In this document: positions 1 through 13,596 of the stretch, piece by piece
How the letters are laid out: each line of letters begins with the position of its first letter
Numbering within the stretch: position 1 is the first letter of the stretch
Origin: Cirrosporium novae-zelandiae
Taxonomy: Eukaryota
DNA length: 64,000 nucleotides
Assembly: GCA_026023565.1 (NCBI GenBank)
Contig: JAPETS010000018.1
Coordinates: 248,001 to 312,000 of the forward strand
Reading direction: 5' to 3'
The notes under the pieces: model-generated
Seen by the model: the letters and a program-made list of their open reading frames with translations, nothing else
What the model was told of the DNA's origin: nothing
Database searches by the model: none
Translations under genes and position numbers: made by a program

Positions 1-2047
1 CTTCTCAAGAGATCCACGATCATCACGAGGCGCAATCTCAGCTTGAGGTTCTTCTCGTCGGGTAGGGGAAGCATCTGTATTTGGAGACTGATTTAGAGAG
101 GCATTAACCACTTCATCCCTCTCTTCTTCGAGCCCGGCGTCGGTCTCCAACTCACTGGGGTTGTCGGTGCGAAAAGAATTTAAGTTAGGGGGGGAGCTAG
201 GACCGCTGTCAAAATCCATGTCCGTCTGTGCTTGTGCATCACGGGTTCCATAATGCTGAAGAGGGGAGGTTTGAGGTTCACTCAAAGAATCAGATTCTGC
301 TGGCCAGGAAAAACTTTCGTTTCCGCTGACCCAAGAGGGAGTTTGAGTGTGACCAGCAGTACTCTGAGGGGCTCCAATAAAAGGTGATAGGTTTTCCAGG
401 GATGGTTGATATTGTTCATAGTTAGAACCCATATCAGGTTCGGATTCTTTGCCCACACGATCATCTCGAGGAATCTCGGTTTGTGGGAAATTTTCCTCCC
501 AGCTTGTATTACTTCCATCACTCTGAAGTTCAGCCCCGGGTTGGACATTACTAGGAGGTTGCATGAGAATTTTCACTTCTTGGTTCCCAGCAGCTCTTTG
601 TTCTTCCTCGATCGCCCGGCGAAGAGCATTTACTTCCGCAATAGCATCTCTAGCTGGCATACTAGGTCGGTGTAAAGATGCCTCCTCTCCGCTCGAAGGC
701 TGTGGGTTGCTTGGTTGGCCTTCTTCAAAGATAGACGCAGGGTGTGCAGATGATGCTGAGTCTGACTCAAGAAATGGTAGTGCAATCTGTTGGTCCTCGT
801 GCCGACTCTCAGACGAACTGGATTGATCGTCTTCGTATGGCCAGGGATTGAAAGCCGAGTCAGGATTGGGATCGGCGAAAGGGTTACGATTCAATTCATC
901 CACCGCATTTAATCCCATTTCTTCGGCCTCATTAGCATGTTCTTCATGGCCGTCACGATTCTCAGCAACGTCTGGGACTCTTTCTTCAGGAACCGGTTCA
1001 TTAACATCATCCATCGCAGCACCAGCTCCCACATTCAATGCAGGTTGTTGTTGAACCACCCATTCACGTATTAGAAAAATGATAATGAAAGCAACAACAA
1101 CAGCTAATGTAATCAACTGGCCTTCGAGTGTGTCGATAACAGCTTGATTGAACTTGGAAGAAGGGGTTAACTCCTTCAAAAGTCGAACTTCGGAAAGCCA
1201 GGTTGAGCCCTGTGCCATGGGCGGTTGGCTGGGATCGTTTACATTAAAAGAAAATGATGTCGTCGTCGCTTCTTTCGAATGGGAAACGTTGACTTTGAAA
1301 CCCCTTTCGGCTTTAGATAGAACTGAAGAAATTGCTCTCGAGATGTCTAGTATCCAAGCAGATGCTCCTGGCTCCATGGCGCTGGAGGTCCCGTTCATCC
1401 CAGGTGTAGTTCCATTTACAATGAGATTGGTCATACGCCCTTCTTCTGTTGCATGAGGATCCAACCCTCCATCGGCCATCCAAAATAGGAATTTCCATAT
1501 ATGCCGCATGGAGTATGGGAGGAGGCATAGCCAGACAAAGGCAACAAGAAGATACCGAGACCAAGTAGTAACAGCATGAAATGATTGTATGACGGCTTGC
1601 TTAAGAAATATCGGCATGGGAACGGATTGGGGCATGTCAGGCCGATAAACTAAATCACCAAGTCAGCGCATAGCACTTCAAGTAGAGTCGATATCACGCA
1701 CGCTTGGTAAACCTGAATCTCGTTTTGCACAGCTCGCAATATTTCTTCTGTGAATGTGCAAGCCATTCCATTAAACTAGAGTAATCCACGTCAGTATCCA
1801 GCCAGGGCGATATTCCCAATGGGGTTTAATCATACCAGCTCTGATGAACAAATTTAATGCTCCCACTGCATTTACAGGGGTAAAAGAGAGGCTCTTCCAG
1901 CGAGCCTTCCCCACGACATATACGACATGTATCTGGTTCTTCCATACTCTTTGCCCCTCGTGAACTCAGTGCGTTATCAATTATTCTCCTATCTTCGTCT
2001 TCGTCTCTCCTACTCCCCATGGCGGCTGGAAGTCCAGTAGATGCCAT
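1..2047 (-). CDS. SSM4: ERAD RING-CH E3 ubiquitin ligase Doa10/Ssm4 (MARCH6 family), 5' part; runs off the window edge
   Basis: N-terminal C4HC3 [14 protein letters not shown]...[36 protein letters not shown] after removing GT-AG introns 1835-1776 and 1701-1650. It is followed by hydrophobic segments ([38 protein letters not shown]). Confidence 0.93.
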
Positions 2048-2342
2048 TTCTAAAAACAATATACAACTTCTTGAATGGAAATTGTTGAAGACATTTGCTG
2101 GATTCGTAATCCCCAGACTAGGATTGTCTTAGCATCAATGGCATGGATAGGATCAATCGGCCTCGGGTAAATAAATGATCAATGGATGGTTATGGCAAGG
2201 TGTAAAAGAGGGCGAACAGATAGGGATTATGAGAGATATCAAGTTTAAGGTAGAGGATGAATCGGGGTTGACATGACGGGGTTGCTGGTGAAGGGAGGAA
2301 GGCGTTGCCTGAAAGGAAGAGTCGAACAAAGCACTCAGACCC

Positions 2343-2356
2343 TAGTCACGTGACTA
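2343..2356. promoter_or_regulatory. 14-bp perfect palindrome with a bHLH E-box core (TAGTCACGTGACTA)
   Basis: Seen directly about 300 bp upstream of the Doa10 ATG. TCACGTGA is a Cbf1/bHLH-type site; function is inferred. Confidence 0.4.
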
Positions 2357-3347
2357 ACTGTCTTCCAGTTCCGCCACTTTGGGGAGAACGGTTTCCGACC
2401 ACGAGGTACGGTGCCAGCAGTACCAGCAGTAATTACCAACGACGAGAGTTTACCACTTAAAGTACCTAGGTACCTATTGAGGAGGTACCTGAGATCATTC
2501 CTATATTTTCTACTGGACAGTATTATCATCTATAAGATTAACTAATCACTGGACAAAATTACCATCTGGAAATATGTGAGACAAGTCTTGTCTCTCAATA
2601 GTCTCAAGTAACTACTGCTATCGATATTTAATACATGATATGATTCAGGAACATGGTCTTAAAATTAAATCAGCCAAAAAGAAAGAAGAAGGAAATGTCA
2701 AATAATTACCTAGGTATTTTATAAGGATGATCTAAATGTATATAATTACCGTTTAAATAGCATTTAGTAAATATTCAAATAATAACTTGTTTTATTTTAT
2801 GATTAATTCTCACATGCTTTTTCTTCTTCTTTTTTTCCCATTCTTTTTCAGTTACTTAACTCAATCAAGGTATTGCGTCAATCCTTGGACTTCCCATGGA
2901 GCTAAGGCCAGGTCTTAAGCCACAAGTGACGAAAGATGACAGTCGAGGCAATGGAAATGAACCTCACAAACCAAGTTTCTGAATTGCTCTTCACAAAAAG
3001 CTCTTATCTTTGAACCTTGAGATACATCGCCTATTATTACTACCTAGGTAGATCCTTGGAATCAAGATCAGCTTGTTCTTCTTCTTCTTCAATTATTATT
3101 TGGGAGGGAAATCGTTTTTCAGGATTATCCAACACCTTCTCCTCCTCATCCTTCCTTCTACTTGGTAAAAAAAAAACCGTCTTCGCTTAGGTTCCCTTTG
3201 TGGCTTCATCCTTCTTCACGAATCATTAATAGGTTCCCTCAACAATATTCTCTTCCCATCAAATCTCTCGTACCAATATTCATTCGGTTCTGGTGCGAAT
3301 AACAATTGATTCATCGGGAGGGCCTTTGAACCCTTATCACCTTTACA

Positions 3348-6300
3348 ATGGGTCTGGCAGAAAATGGCCACGCTTTTCAATCACCACCCAACAAGCAAAA
3401 TGGACATCTAGTTCCTACTCCACGTCCAAGAACAAAAACAAGAAAGCAGCAGCGAGGCTATGTAGCTGGCACTGTTAGTATTGCTGCCAGGTAAATCCGC
3501 TGTCTTCCCCTTTTCGCTCCGTCCTTGGAACGTCTATACTAACCTCCTGATGATAGGCTTCTCTTATGGTATACCGTCTTCACCGCTCTGCTTCGATGTC
3601 CATCATCCCTAGATGATTTTTCTGGGGAATCCCCCCAGGTTTGTCGACCGTACCTGATTGCACGTGGCCATGCGGCTCCATATGTTCAGCCATACTACGA
3701 CACATATGCCGCCCCATATGTCGACCAAGCCCGACCCTATATAAAACAGCTGGACGAACAAGTCTATACGCCTGCTCTCAAATACGGCAAGAAGTCCTAT
3801 CAAGCATATGGAGCCCCAAAAGTTGACCAGGCTATGACATACGGATACGATCAATGGGAAAAGGTTCTCCAGCCCCAGTTCAAGGAATTGCAACGGCAAA
3901 CAGTCAGTGTTTACGACGCAAAGGTTGCGCCACATGTTCAAAAGGTGTCAACTTCGATTTTACCGTATATGAGTACAGCAAGAGATACCGCTCAACAAAA
4001 TTATGAAGCATATATGCTACCGGCTTATATTTATACCAAGCCCCATGCCCAACATGCATATCTTATTACTCGCAATTTCACTCTCGATATCATCGTGCCC
4101 TACTCCCAGACTGTTTGGAAGTCAACCCTTACTTTTATTGACCGAAAGATTCTACCCAAAGTGAGAATCCTCTACGGCGAAAATGTAGAGCCCCAGCTGG
4201 TGAGAATTGGAGAGAGACTTGGGAGATATAGAGATGGCAAAAGCCTCAAGGCAGCTATCGAAGACATTGACAAGTAAGGAATCTCAACCTTTTTATTTTC
4301 CCATTGATTCTATATTGTCAGCCACACCGCGAAATGATAAAGATTTTTTATCTTTCTCGTTGCTAAAAGTCCCTATTATTATTCTCAGAAAGAATTTGCA
4401 CGCGATGTATAATGGAAGTCGTGCAAAGAATTGGCATTCCAAGAAAACCCAACTTTTTGTAGCCTGAACTCTTGCATCAACTATTAAGGCAACCTCTCAA
4501 AACAAGCACAACTTGCAGTTTTCGGCTTGCAGAAATCTACAGCACTTTACGTATTTGTTTAAAGACAGCATGCTAATGGCTTAGTGAATCTAGTTCATCA
4601 TCGGTAGCTTCCTCGCTAACCTCGGTATCATCCTCGATCGCTTCTGTGCATTCTGTTTCTCTCTCCGCAGTTTCAGCCGTCAGTGAAACAGAAGTTCCGC
4701 AGGCTTCTCCCTCAATAACCCCCGAGGAAGAAGCTGAGAAGGTACACGAAAAGACCACTCTTGATTTGCGAAATTGGCAAGAGAAATTTGCCAAGGCAGC
4801 TGATAAGGGCTCCGATGATTTGAAGGAACGTATCTCAGAAATCACCGAAAGGCAGATTGAGAACCAAGCTCAATCGGTCGGTAAATCTTTAATTATTGAA
4901 TTGGAGGAGACTGTTCGGTCCCAGATCACATCTTTGAAAGATAAGATTAACAGCATCGTAGAATCCCTTCCTGAAGACTGGGAACAGAATGATGTCGATG
5001 TCGCCGACTCAGAACTCTCCAGCGCTGTACGAACAGCAGGCCTCGCTATTAAAAACAAGGCACAGGAAATCAGGTCTTGGAAAGATTCTTATATCAAAGA
5101 GACTTACTCTCTTGTCAAAGCGGCTGTGGATTCAACAGTGGAAGTATTGGACGAAATTCGAGACCTTGGGCTTCAAGAAATTGGCATGCGATGGGCTTGG
5201 ATGGAAGGTGTGACATACAAGGACTGGGCCAATTATCATGAACTCAAAAAGACTTTTGATGAATGGCGTGGTGAGGTTAAGGCAACCGCTCATCACCATG
5301 ATGGTCTGGGGAAATCCAAAGCGGCTGGTGATGAAATCGAGTCTATGGCAATGTCGTTGGCCGAAGATTCCGCCAAGGAGTTAACCATAATCAAACAAGT
5401 CGGGTTATGGAAGATTAGGGCTAGGGATGTAACTGATGATTTTAGCACCCGCACAGTTCCAGCCCCAGTATTAGAATTTGGTAAGAAGATGAAGGATCAA
5501 CTAGATGAAGCCAGCAAAGCTATTATTGGAGAAGACAGCTCGAGCGAAGAGACCTTTTCTGACGCAACTCGGGGTGTGAAGGACACCATATCGAGCGTTT
5601 CTGCCAGCCTTATAGGACAGGAGCCCGGATTGGGAGAGAAGGCGACATCAGCGATTGCTTCTCATGTTTCAGAAGCTTCGGACCATATAGAAGCTGCTAC
5701 CTCAAGCATTTCTGAAAAGGCTTCGAAAATTGCCGATGCCGCTTCGTCTGGGCATAGCTCTGGCGAGGAAGCAGCCATCTCGAAGGTTTGGGGCGGTGCA
5801 ATGGCCCAAGACGTTAAAGGAGGCGGGCCTATCCTTGATGATTTCGACGAAGATGATGAGGAATCCGTGTTAAAGGAGGCCCAAGGTCTTTATGCTGATG
5901 CGTCAAAAGCTGTTAGTGAAGCTCTTCTCGGTCCATCTCCCACCCAAGGAACGGTCGAAAGTATAACAGCTCTGGCGAATGATAAATATTCCAGCGCACT
6001 GGATGCCGCTTCTCGTGTACTATATGGGACTCCTCAGGCATCTGGGGAGTCATTTGCAAGCTTAGCCTCAGAGAAATATGCGGATGCTGTTTCAGCGTAA
6101 GGCTCTATCCACCGCCTGTCTTTTATGCTGTTAAGTTTGTTCGTATCAAAGCGTTTTTGCGAGACCTTTTAATGACCTTGTGCCTCCTGAGCATGACATC
6201 CCTTGTTCATACAACGCTAACCTGATTTTTTCAGTGCATCGTTAGTAATCTATGGTACACCTACTCCTCTCACGGAATCATGGGCCTTGGCTGCCAGTTC

Positions 6301-8017
6301 TGCCTATGATTCTGCTATCAAAACCGCCAACAAGCACTATTCGCATGCTATGTCTATTGCATCTGAGCGGATATCCGGTACCCCAAAGCCTATACACGAA
6401 CAGATGCTCTCATCCATTGAATCGGCCTATTCTGGTTCAATGTCTTCCGCTAGGGCTAGACTGGAATCTGCAATGAGTGCCGGCAGGTCTTCATTTACAC
6501 GTGCTTCAGATGTAGCTCAACAATATGTTGCACCCACTCAAGGTGTACTTGAATCTATATCCTCCATTGCATCAATCAGACTATCAGATGGATTGAGTAT
6601 GGCTTCTGTCCAATTCGAAAGTGCTAAAACGGCTGCCGGCGCTACGCCAACCCCAATGTATAAGCAATACCTCATGGATTCCCAACGCCGGTATTATGAA
6701 GCTGTTGGCTTGGCTCATGACCGATATTCGGTATTTATGTCCTCCGCTTCTAATGCGGTCTATGGTTCACCTACGCCTATTCCAGAGAGCCTTTACCGGC
6801 AAGCTTCCCAGGCTCTATATGGCGCCCCAAAGCCGCAATATCAAAGTGTTATTGATGCCGCCCGGTCCCAATACGGCAATGCAGTCTCCGTCGCTTCGGA
6901 GAACCTGAAGAATATACTAGTGTCCGCAACTTCTGCGGTTAGTGCTACTAGTAAATCACCTGCTCAAAGTCTCATAGACTCAGCATCATCACAATATAGC
7001 GCTGCATTGTCCCAAGCTTCCGCTAAGTTGGAGGCCGTTTCAGCATCAGCCAGCTCGCTGGCCTTTGGCACGCCCACAGGATCCGTGGAATCGCTTTCCT
7101 CTGTTGCCTCGGAGAACTGGGAGGCCTTAGTTTCCAAAGTTAGTGAGCAAATCTATGGCTCTCCGACGCCTTTCACTGCGCAAGCCACACAAGCAGTTGC
7201 AGCCCAATATGGGGCCCTGCAAGCACTTATTTCGGAACTTGTGAACGGTAAAGAACCCGATTTCACTGAAAGTGTGATGAACAGGCTCAGCTACGCGTAC
7301 TATACAGGCTATTCTGAAATGGGCTCATCAGCTTCAAGCTATGCCAGTGACGCATATGCCTCCGCAACGTCAGCTATGGGTTCAATTTTTACCCCTCCAC
7401 CCACTTTAGAGGCTATTCTCGAATCTGCTAACTCTAGATTGAATGATGCTATTGACGCAGCTAGCATTCAAGTCTATGGAACGCCTCAGGGAGCCTATGA
7501 GTCAGTCACATCTGTCGTGGCGGATTCTTATAACTCTATACAATCACAAGTGGCAAGTGCCTTCAAGGGCAATAGCTACGTTGACGCAGCCCAAAACCAG
7601 ATCCAAGAAGCGGCTGCCTCAGCCCAAAACGCGATATCCGTTGCGATATATGGGACCCCCACCGGAACTGCGGAATCAATAGCAAGCGCAGCTAGTGAAG
7701 CATTTGCTTCACTTTCCACGACGATGACAGAAAATGTTTTAGCGGCTAGCTCTGTAGTCGACGAAGCATATTCCAAACTATCTGCTAAAGCTAGTTCTGC
7801 TGTTTACGGCCCTGAACAAGGTGCTATGGAAAGTGCCCAAAGCAGGCTCAATGCTGCAGTCGAAAGTGCTCGAGCTAAGCTTTCTAATTTGGTTGCTAGC
7901 GCTGGGGAGAATGCCGGGGAAGCACTTGAACAAGCCAAGTCTTCTGTTAAAGATTTTGCAAACAGTATTGGCAGCGCCGCAAGCTCTGCCACCAATCGGG
8001 TCAAGGATGAGTTGTGA
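3348..8017 (+). CDS. Large Ser/Ala-rich membrane-anchored protein ending in KDEL (She10/Osw7-like fungal family)
   Basis: Predicted exons 3348-3490, ~3557-4273, 4585-6096, 6235-8017 join in frame. N-terminal hydrophobic stretch (ARLLLWYTVFTALLRCP), the motif LGLQEIGMRWAWMEGVTYKDWANYHELK, repeated YG(T/S)P units, C-terminus RVKDEL*. The gene model is solid; the family name is less certain. Confidence 0.8.
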
Positions 8018-9518
8018 AGATATTAAAAGGTTGAAATGAGGCGTTGCTCCGACGCGAGCGCTTCATCCAAATGGTTGGTCTTGGTAGTGTTTAACAATGG
8101 CTTTCGGTGGTGGTTTTGGCACGATTTATGAACTCTCGTTGATGCTATGTCGAATGACCCTTCCTCGCATCTCGTCTCTTATACCCATATTGACAGATGC
8201 TTTTGTTGATGTTTCACGTGTACTACATGAGATGCTTCTGCGATAATACTCTTGTACGATAATAAGCAGCTACACTGGCTTTGCGTTGTTTTCCTTGCGT
8301 ATGGTAATCCTGTACCAATCCTATCATCGCGTTTAAGAAATGTTGTAATAAACTTATTACTGATAATCGGCTAAGAAATCATATCCAATTATCAACTTCT
8401 GACATTCCAAGCGATTTGATATTATAGTCGTGCTGAACTACTTTCAAAACCTTAAGCCACACCTAGTAGCACTTTATTTCGTCCACAAATCTGTAGACGG
8501 TCTCAAGAGCCGCATATTCTTGTGATATCATGATGCTTTCAGCAAGATCAAAGAGATCCCATCACTTCATACTGTACCGTACGTATGATCCTATTTCAGT
8601 AAGAGTGAGGATTTTCTCTTTGTGTGACAGCATAGATGCTGTTTTTAACAATTAGCCATCTTTACTCTGCCTCTCTAACATATCCCATAATTAACTGTAG
8701 GTAACACAAAACAGCCTAGCTCGTATTTAAACTAATAAATATAATTTCTATTTAATAATATTGGGACAAGAGGCGAACAAATGCCAAGGTTCCTATAAAT
8801 ATTATCCTTTCTTTAATTAAAACAAATTTTGAATGAATTCGACATATGTTTCGTTATTAAAGGCTTCTTAACCGTCTTGCGGGGTTTACTAGCAGTGGAA
8901 AGGAAGACCTTTCCACATTTTACTTACGTGTATGTATAGTAGAGCAACTTGAAATAAAATGATAGAAATCTAGTAAACATATCAATACAAACTTCTAGAC
9001 AAACGATTGCGATTCTAGAGAAATTAGATCAAGGACTAGACTAGTTACATGACATAATTTAATTGTTTCGGGTATGGAGAGCTATTATAAGGTCCTTATT
9101 ATGAATGATATATGGTGTACGCTTCTGGTTATAAAATAATATGCATGCTTGCTTTGCCTGGAGGTCCTTTCCCCCGCTGTGGCCTATTTCATCCTTTGAG
9201 CATATAAGTAGAGAGCAGAATTTAGGTTTAGGAGATTTAATTCCGGGTCTCAAGAAGAGCTGGTTTCGGTGACCTTGTCGACGCAGGTTTTAATTTGTAT
9301 ACTTGCTCAGTTTAAGCCCATAGGTGGTATATAGTGTGAACGAGGGCCAAGCGCAGCCTTCGTCTCCTATATTTAGCCTTGCTATTCAATATAAGCCTAC
9401 CAGTTTAAGACGAATAATTACTATCCCCTCTTATAGTAGCTTGGATAGCCTTTGCGTAAGAAAATATCCAAGTGCAGGTATGGTTTTAGGTTTTACCCTC
9501 CTCTTTACAACATGACTA

Positions 9519-10118
9519 TCACCGATATTGCATCCTTTGCCCACCTCGTTTCTCCATTTTCCGTTGTCTGTTACTTTCAGCCTGTACACTCCCATCCCCA
9601 GACGCGCCAGCTAAGCCGGCCATCCCTTGACTCATGCCTGTATAAGTGGTATATGCCGACCAAATTGAGTAGAGTGGTATGACAATCCATAACCACCAGC
9701 CCTTGTTGCCGAATAGGGCAGCTACCCCAGTACAGCCCCAGGTCCAGTAAAGAACATCCCATAGATACTCTGTTAACCCCTTGGCTTCCAGGTCTTCTCC
9801 AGTTTTCACAGGCTCTCCATGATCACCAATCTTCGGACGACCAATCTTTTCAAACCAGAACTCGATCAAGAAGGCTGGGGCCGACAGAAGGATATATGTG
9901 AGGTATGAAGTTTTAGAGCCAAAGAGATAGGAGAAGAGCAGGCGCAGTATGACGAAGGTGGAGTTAAGACATAGGGAGATGATGTGCATGCGGCTGAGGG
10001 TCGCTATATTGCGCGCAGCTAACTGTTTAGAAGCTTTCTGGTAGAGATAAAAAAGATTAGTCTCCGGATGAAATTCAGCCATTTTCACATTCCGAACAGC
10101 TATAAGTACCTTGGCCAT
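9519..10118 (-). CDS. SND2: SRP-independent targeting protein Snd2/TMEM208 (DUF788)
   Basis: MAK|KASKQLAARN after a 72-nt intron (10109-10038); GEDLEAKGLTEYLWDVLYWTW; WWLWIVIPLY; C-terminal SNRQRKMEKRGGQRMQYR. Confidence 0.9.
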   Translation of the reverse strand: MAKVLIAVRNVKMAEFHPETNLFYLYQKASKQLAARNIATLSRMHIISLCLNSTFVILRLLFSYLFGSKTSYLTYILLSAPAFLIEFWFEKIGRPKIGDHGEPVKTGEDLEAKGLTEYLWDVLYWTWGCTGVAALFGNKGWWLWIVIPLYSIWSAYTTYTGMSQGMAGLAGASGDGSVQAESNRQRKMEKRGGQRMQYR

Positions 10119-10991
10119 GTTTTTTTTTTCCTCTTTAGTGGTAGAAGGGCAAGTATTTTTGATGGGATTTGACAATTATGAAGCCTGATCAGCTAAATTC
10201 ACAAATAAGAAGTGGAAGAAAATAAATTTTATATATTTTTACTGTCTTTGTGAATACTTTAATTGACTTCGAAGTGGTTTTATATTAATATTTGATATCA
10301 GTGCCAGGCGATATAGACAAAAATAAAACAAGTCGGGAATTATGGGCAGAAACGACTTTCGCTGTGGCCTTTGCTGTGGCTTTGCTTCTTTTGGGGCTGG
10401 TCACTGCGCAACCCAAAACTGTTCTGCCTTAGCGCCATTCATGGATCTTGAATCAAAACATTGCATATTTACCACACAGTTATTGAGCGCAATAGACCTT
10501 TACGGCCTCCCCCAATTCACATACTCGTGACTCCCTAAGTGCGGGAACAGCGTCTATTTGATCCGTTGAATCGGTATCTTTATCTCAGCTTCAACTCAGT
10601 GAAACCCTTGCTATCTTCTTCCAAGCTTCCTCCAATCTACAATCTACAATCCACGACATCAGCGTCCCTGTCTCATAGGGTACATGTCTAAAACCTCTGG
10701 GAAGGAACTCCCTAAAGCGACCTGGAATGGGAAGGATAGCTTGAACTGATCTATTTGCGACTTCCTTTATGCCAATAGGCTATCAACATCTGAGCTTGCA
10801 GATGTAAACAATACCGTTTACGAATTTACGAACTTCAATTATGGCTACTGCCTTTTTTACTTCCCACTAACCATCGATTCGCCTTTCTTCCAGAGTTTCG
10901 TACTCTATTACCTCGTTGTTTCGACCTCAGTTCAGATTTCTCTCACCCACCGCCATCTTTGCCTTCCTAGCTGCCTAGACACAATCCAGCC

Positions 10992-13596
10992 ATGTCGCCT
11001 CCAAATCTCCACATCGTTAGCCAATTACGGCAGCTAATATATTACCACCTTGACAATCACCTTCTACGAAATGCCTTGTTCTTTGCCGGAAGACTTCATG
11101 CATATGAACCAAGATCCTCCGAAGCAGCTTACTTACTCGCTTTATGTTACTTCCTCAACGGCCAACTTAAAGCAGCCTACGATTACAGTCGGAATTCTGG
11201 GTCGAGAGGAACACATTTAGGATGTTCTTATGTCTTTGCGCAATCATGTCTTGGCCTGGAGCGATATGGTGAAGGCTTGACCGCATTGGACCGGAGTAGA
11301 GGACTATGGGCATCGAAGAACAACTGGAGTATGTGATGTTACTCTGAGCGATTTTTCAGGTCCAGGTGGCTAATGTTGATTCAGACAAACACTCAGAGTC
11401 AAGGCGGCAGCACCTTCCTGATGCCGCTTCAGTCTATTGCTTGCAAGGAAAGCTATTACAAGCACATGACGATTTCAACAAGGCGGTCGATTCATATATT
11501 GAATCCTTAAAGTTGAACCCATTTATGTGGGATGCATTCATCTGCCTTTGCGACTTGGGTATGCCGGAACTTTTGTCACGATTGTGAAGGGTTACTGATT
11601 GTTACTAGGAGTGCATGTTCGAGTTCCCAACATCTTTAGGCCCTCACCTGAAATGTTAACAGTTTTATCTGGTTCGGCTCACGGGCTAGAAACCCACTCT
11701 GATAGCAACGAAGATCAAATGAATGCTAATGGTCCGTTACAAGTTAATTCTAATAAAATCACCACAAACCAGCTTCCATCCAATGACGTATTCGGACCCT
11801 CTGATGGCAAATCTAAGGCCTTATTCGAAAAATTAAACGGTAGTCGAGTTAGTGTTGCATCTCTAAATAGCACGGAGGGCCGTACACTCGAGACGCCCAC
11901 TGCTCTTCGCAATGAAATACACGAAGTTCCCAACATGCGAATACCAGAAGGAGAGCCTGTCAACATATCTACACAATCCTGGGAGCCACCAGCGGTCCCC
12001 AGAAAAGGACGTGCGGCTCACAGACTAGGGGTCGATCTTGCTGCTGAAGCCCCCCCTAAGATGGCTACAAGTTCGCTAAAGTCTCGACTTCGAAACAGAG
12101 GTGAATCCGAAGAAACAGACGCCTCGGCTGTAACCAGAGTCGCCAACGGCCTTGTGGGAGATCGCAAGAGGACAATTTCTGGACAGGCTGCACAGGCGAC
12201 TGCTCACGCAGCAGAAGTGGCCGCTCCCCAGAGACGAAGTGTCAGGCTATTCAACCAAATCAGGCCAAGCAGTAAAGCATCTGCGGCAAGTATGACCGCT
12301 AATATGAATACCAAAGAAGGCCGCGAGCTAAGGAAAGCCCGAGCTACCGGTACTAAAGGACGCACTGGAACATCTACGGTTGGTCGCGTAGTAAGTGGGA
12401 ATCGAAACCTCCTTGATCATATGGATATCGACGCCAAGGAACCCCGGCAAGCTTCAGTTGCCTCTACAACAATGACGACTGCCAGCCAAAGAGCTCAACA
12501 TGCGGAGAAGATGAAAGAGCAAGAAGCCCTGCATTGGCTCTTGGAGCTTTTTAATAAGCTTGGTAGTGGATATTTCACTCTTCAGCATTATCAATGCCAA
12601 GAGGCTATCCAGATATTTCAGACAGTTTCCCAGGGCCAGCGTGAAACACCCTGGGTACTTGCTCATATTGGTAGAGCTTATTACGAGCAGGCATCTTATA
12701 ACGAAGCAGAAAAATATTTCATTCGAATTAGAACCATTGCGCCATCGTTGGTTGATGATATGGAGGTTTATTCGACAGTGCTTTGGCATTTGAAAAACGA
12801 TGTTGAACTTGCCTTCTTGGCTCACGAGCTTATTGAGATTGATCGACTATCACCTGAAGCTTGGTGCACTATTGGAAATTGTTTTTCCTTACAGCGAGAT
12901 CATGATAATGCTTTGAAATGTTTCAAGAGGGCTACACAATTAGACCCTAAGTTTGCATATGCGTTCACATTACAGGGTCATGAATACGTTGCAAACGAAG
13001 AGTATGATAGAGCACTGGAAGCATATAGAAATGGCATCACTGCGGATAAGAGACATTATAATGCATGGTATGGGCTTGGAAAGGTCTACGAAAAGATGGG
13101 TAAATATGGTATGGCAGAACAGCATTTTCGAACTGCAGCCAATATTAATCCAACCAATGCTGTCCTTGTTTGCTGCATTGGAATGGTTCTTGAAAAGATG
13201 AACAATCCAAAAGCAGCATATCTCCAATACGCGAAGGCCTGCGAATTAGCCCCGCGATCACAGTTGGCAAGATTCAAGAAGGCAAGAGTGATGATGGCAC
13301 TGCAAGAACCCAAACTGGCATTGGAAGAACTGAAGATCCTGAAAGACATTGCTCCGGACGAAGCCAATGTCCATTTCCTTCTCGGCCGTCTTTACAAGAT
13401 GTTACACGACAAAGCAAATGCTATTAAGCATTTCACAACTGCGTTGAACTTGGATCCCAGGGTAGGTGTTGGTTTCCGATTTTATGGTCAATCATTGCTA
13501 ATCTGAGGTAAATAGGCTGCTGCATTTATCAAGGAAGCCATGGAGTCGTTAGAAGATGACATGATAGAGGAAGATGATGAGGGTGAAATATCATGA
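10992..13596 (+). CDS. CDC27: APC/C subunit Cdc27/Apc3 (BimA/Nuc2), TPR protein
   Basis: N-terminal QLRQLIYYHLDN..NALFFAGRLHAYEPRS, a low-complexity middle, and a C-terminal TPR array (SPEAWCTIGNCFSLQRDHDNALKCFKRATQLDPKFAYAFTLQGHE). Three introns; last exon 13516-13596. Confidence 0.96.
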
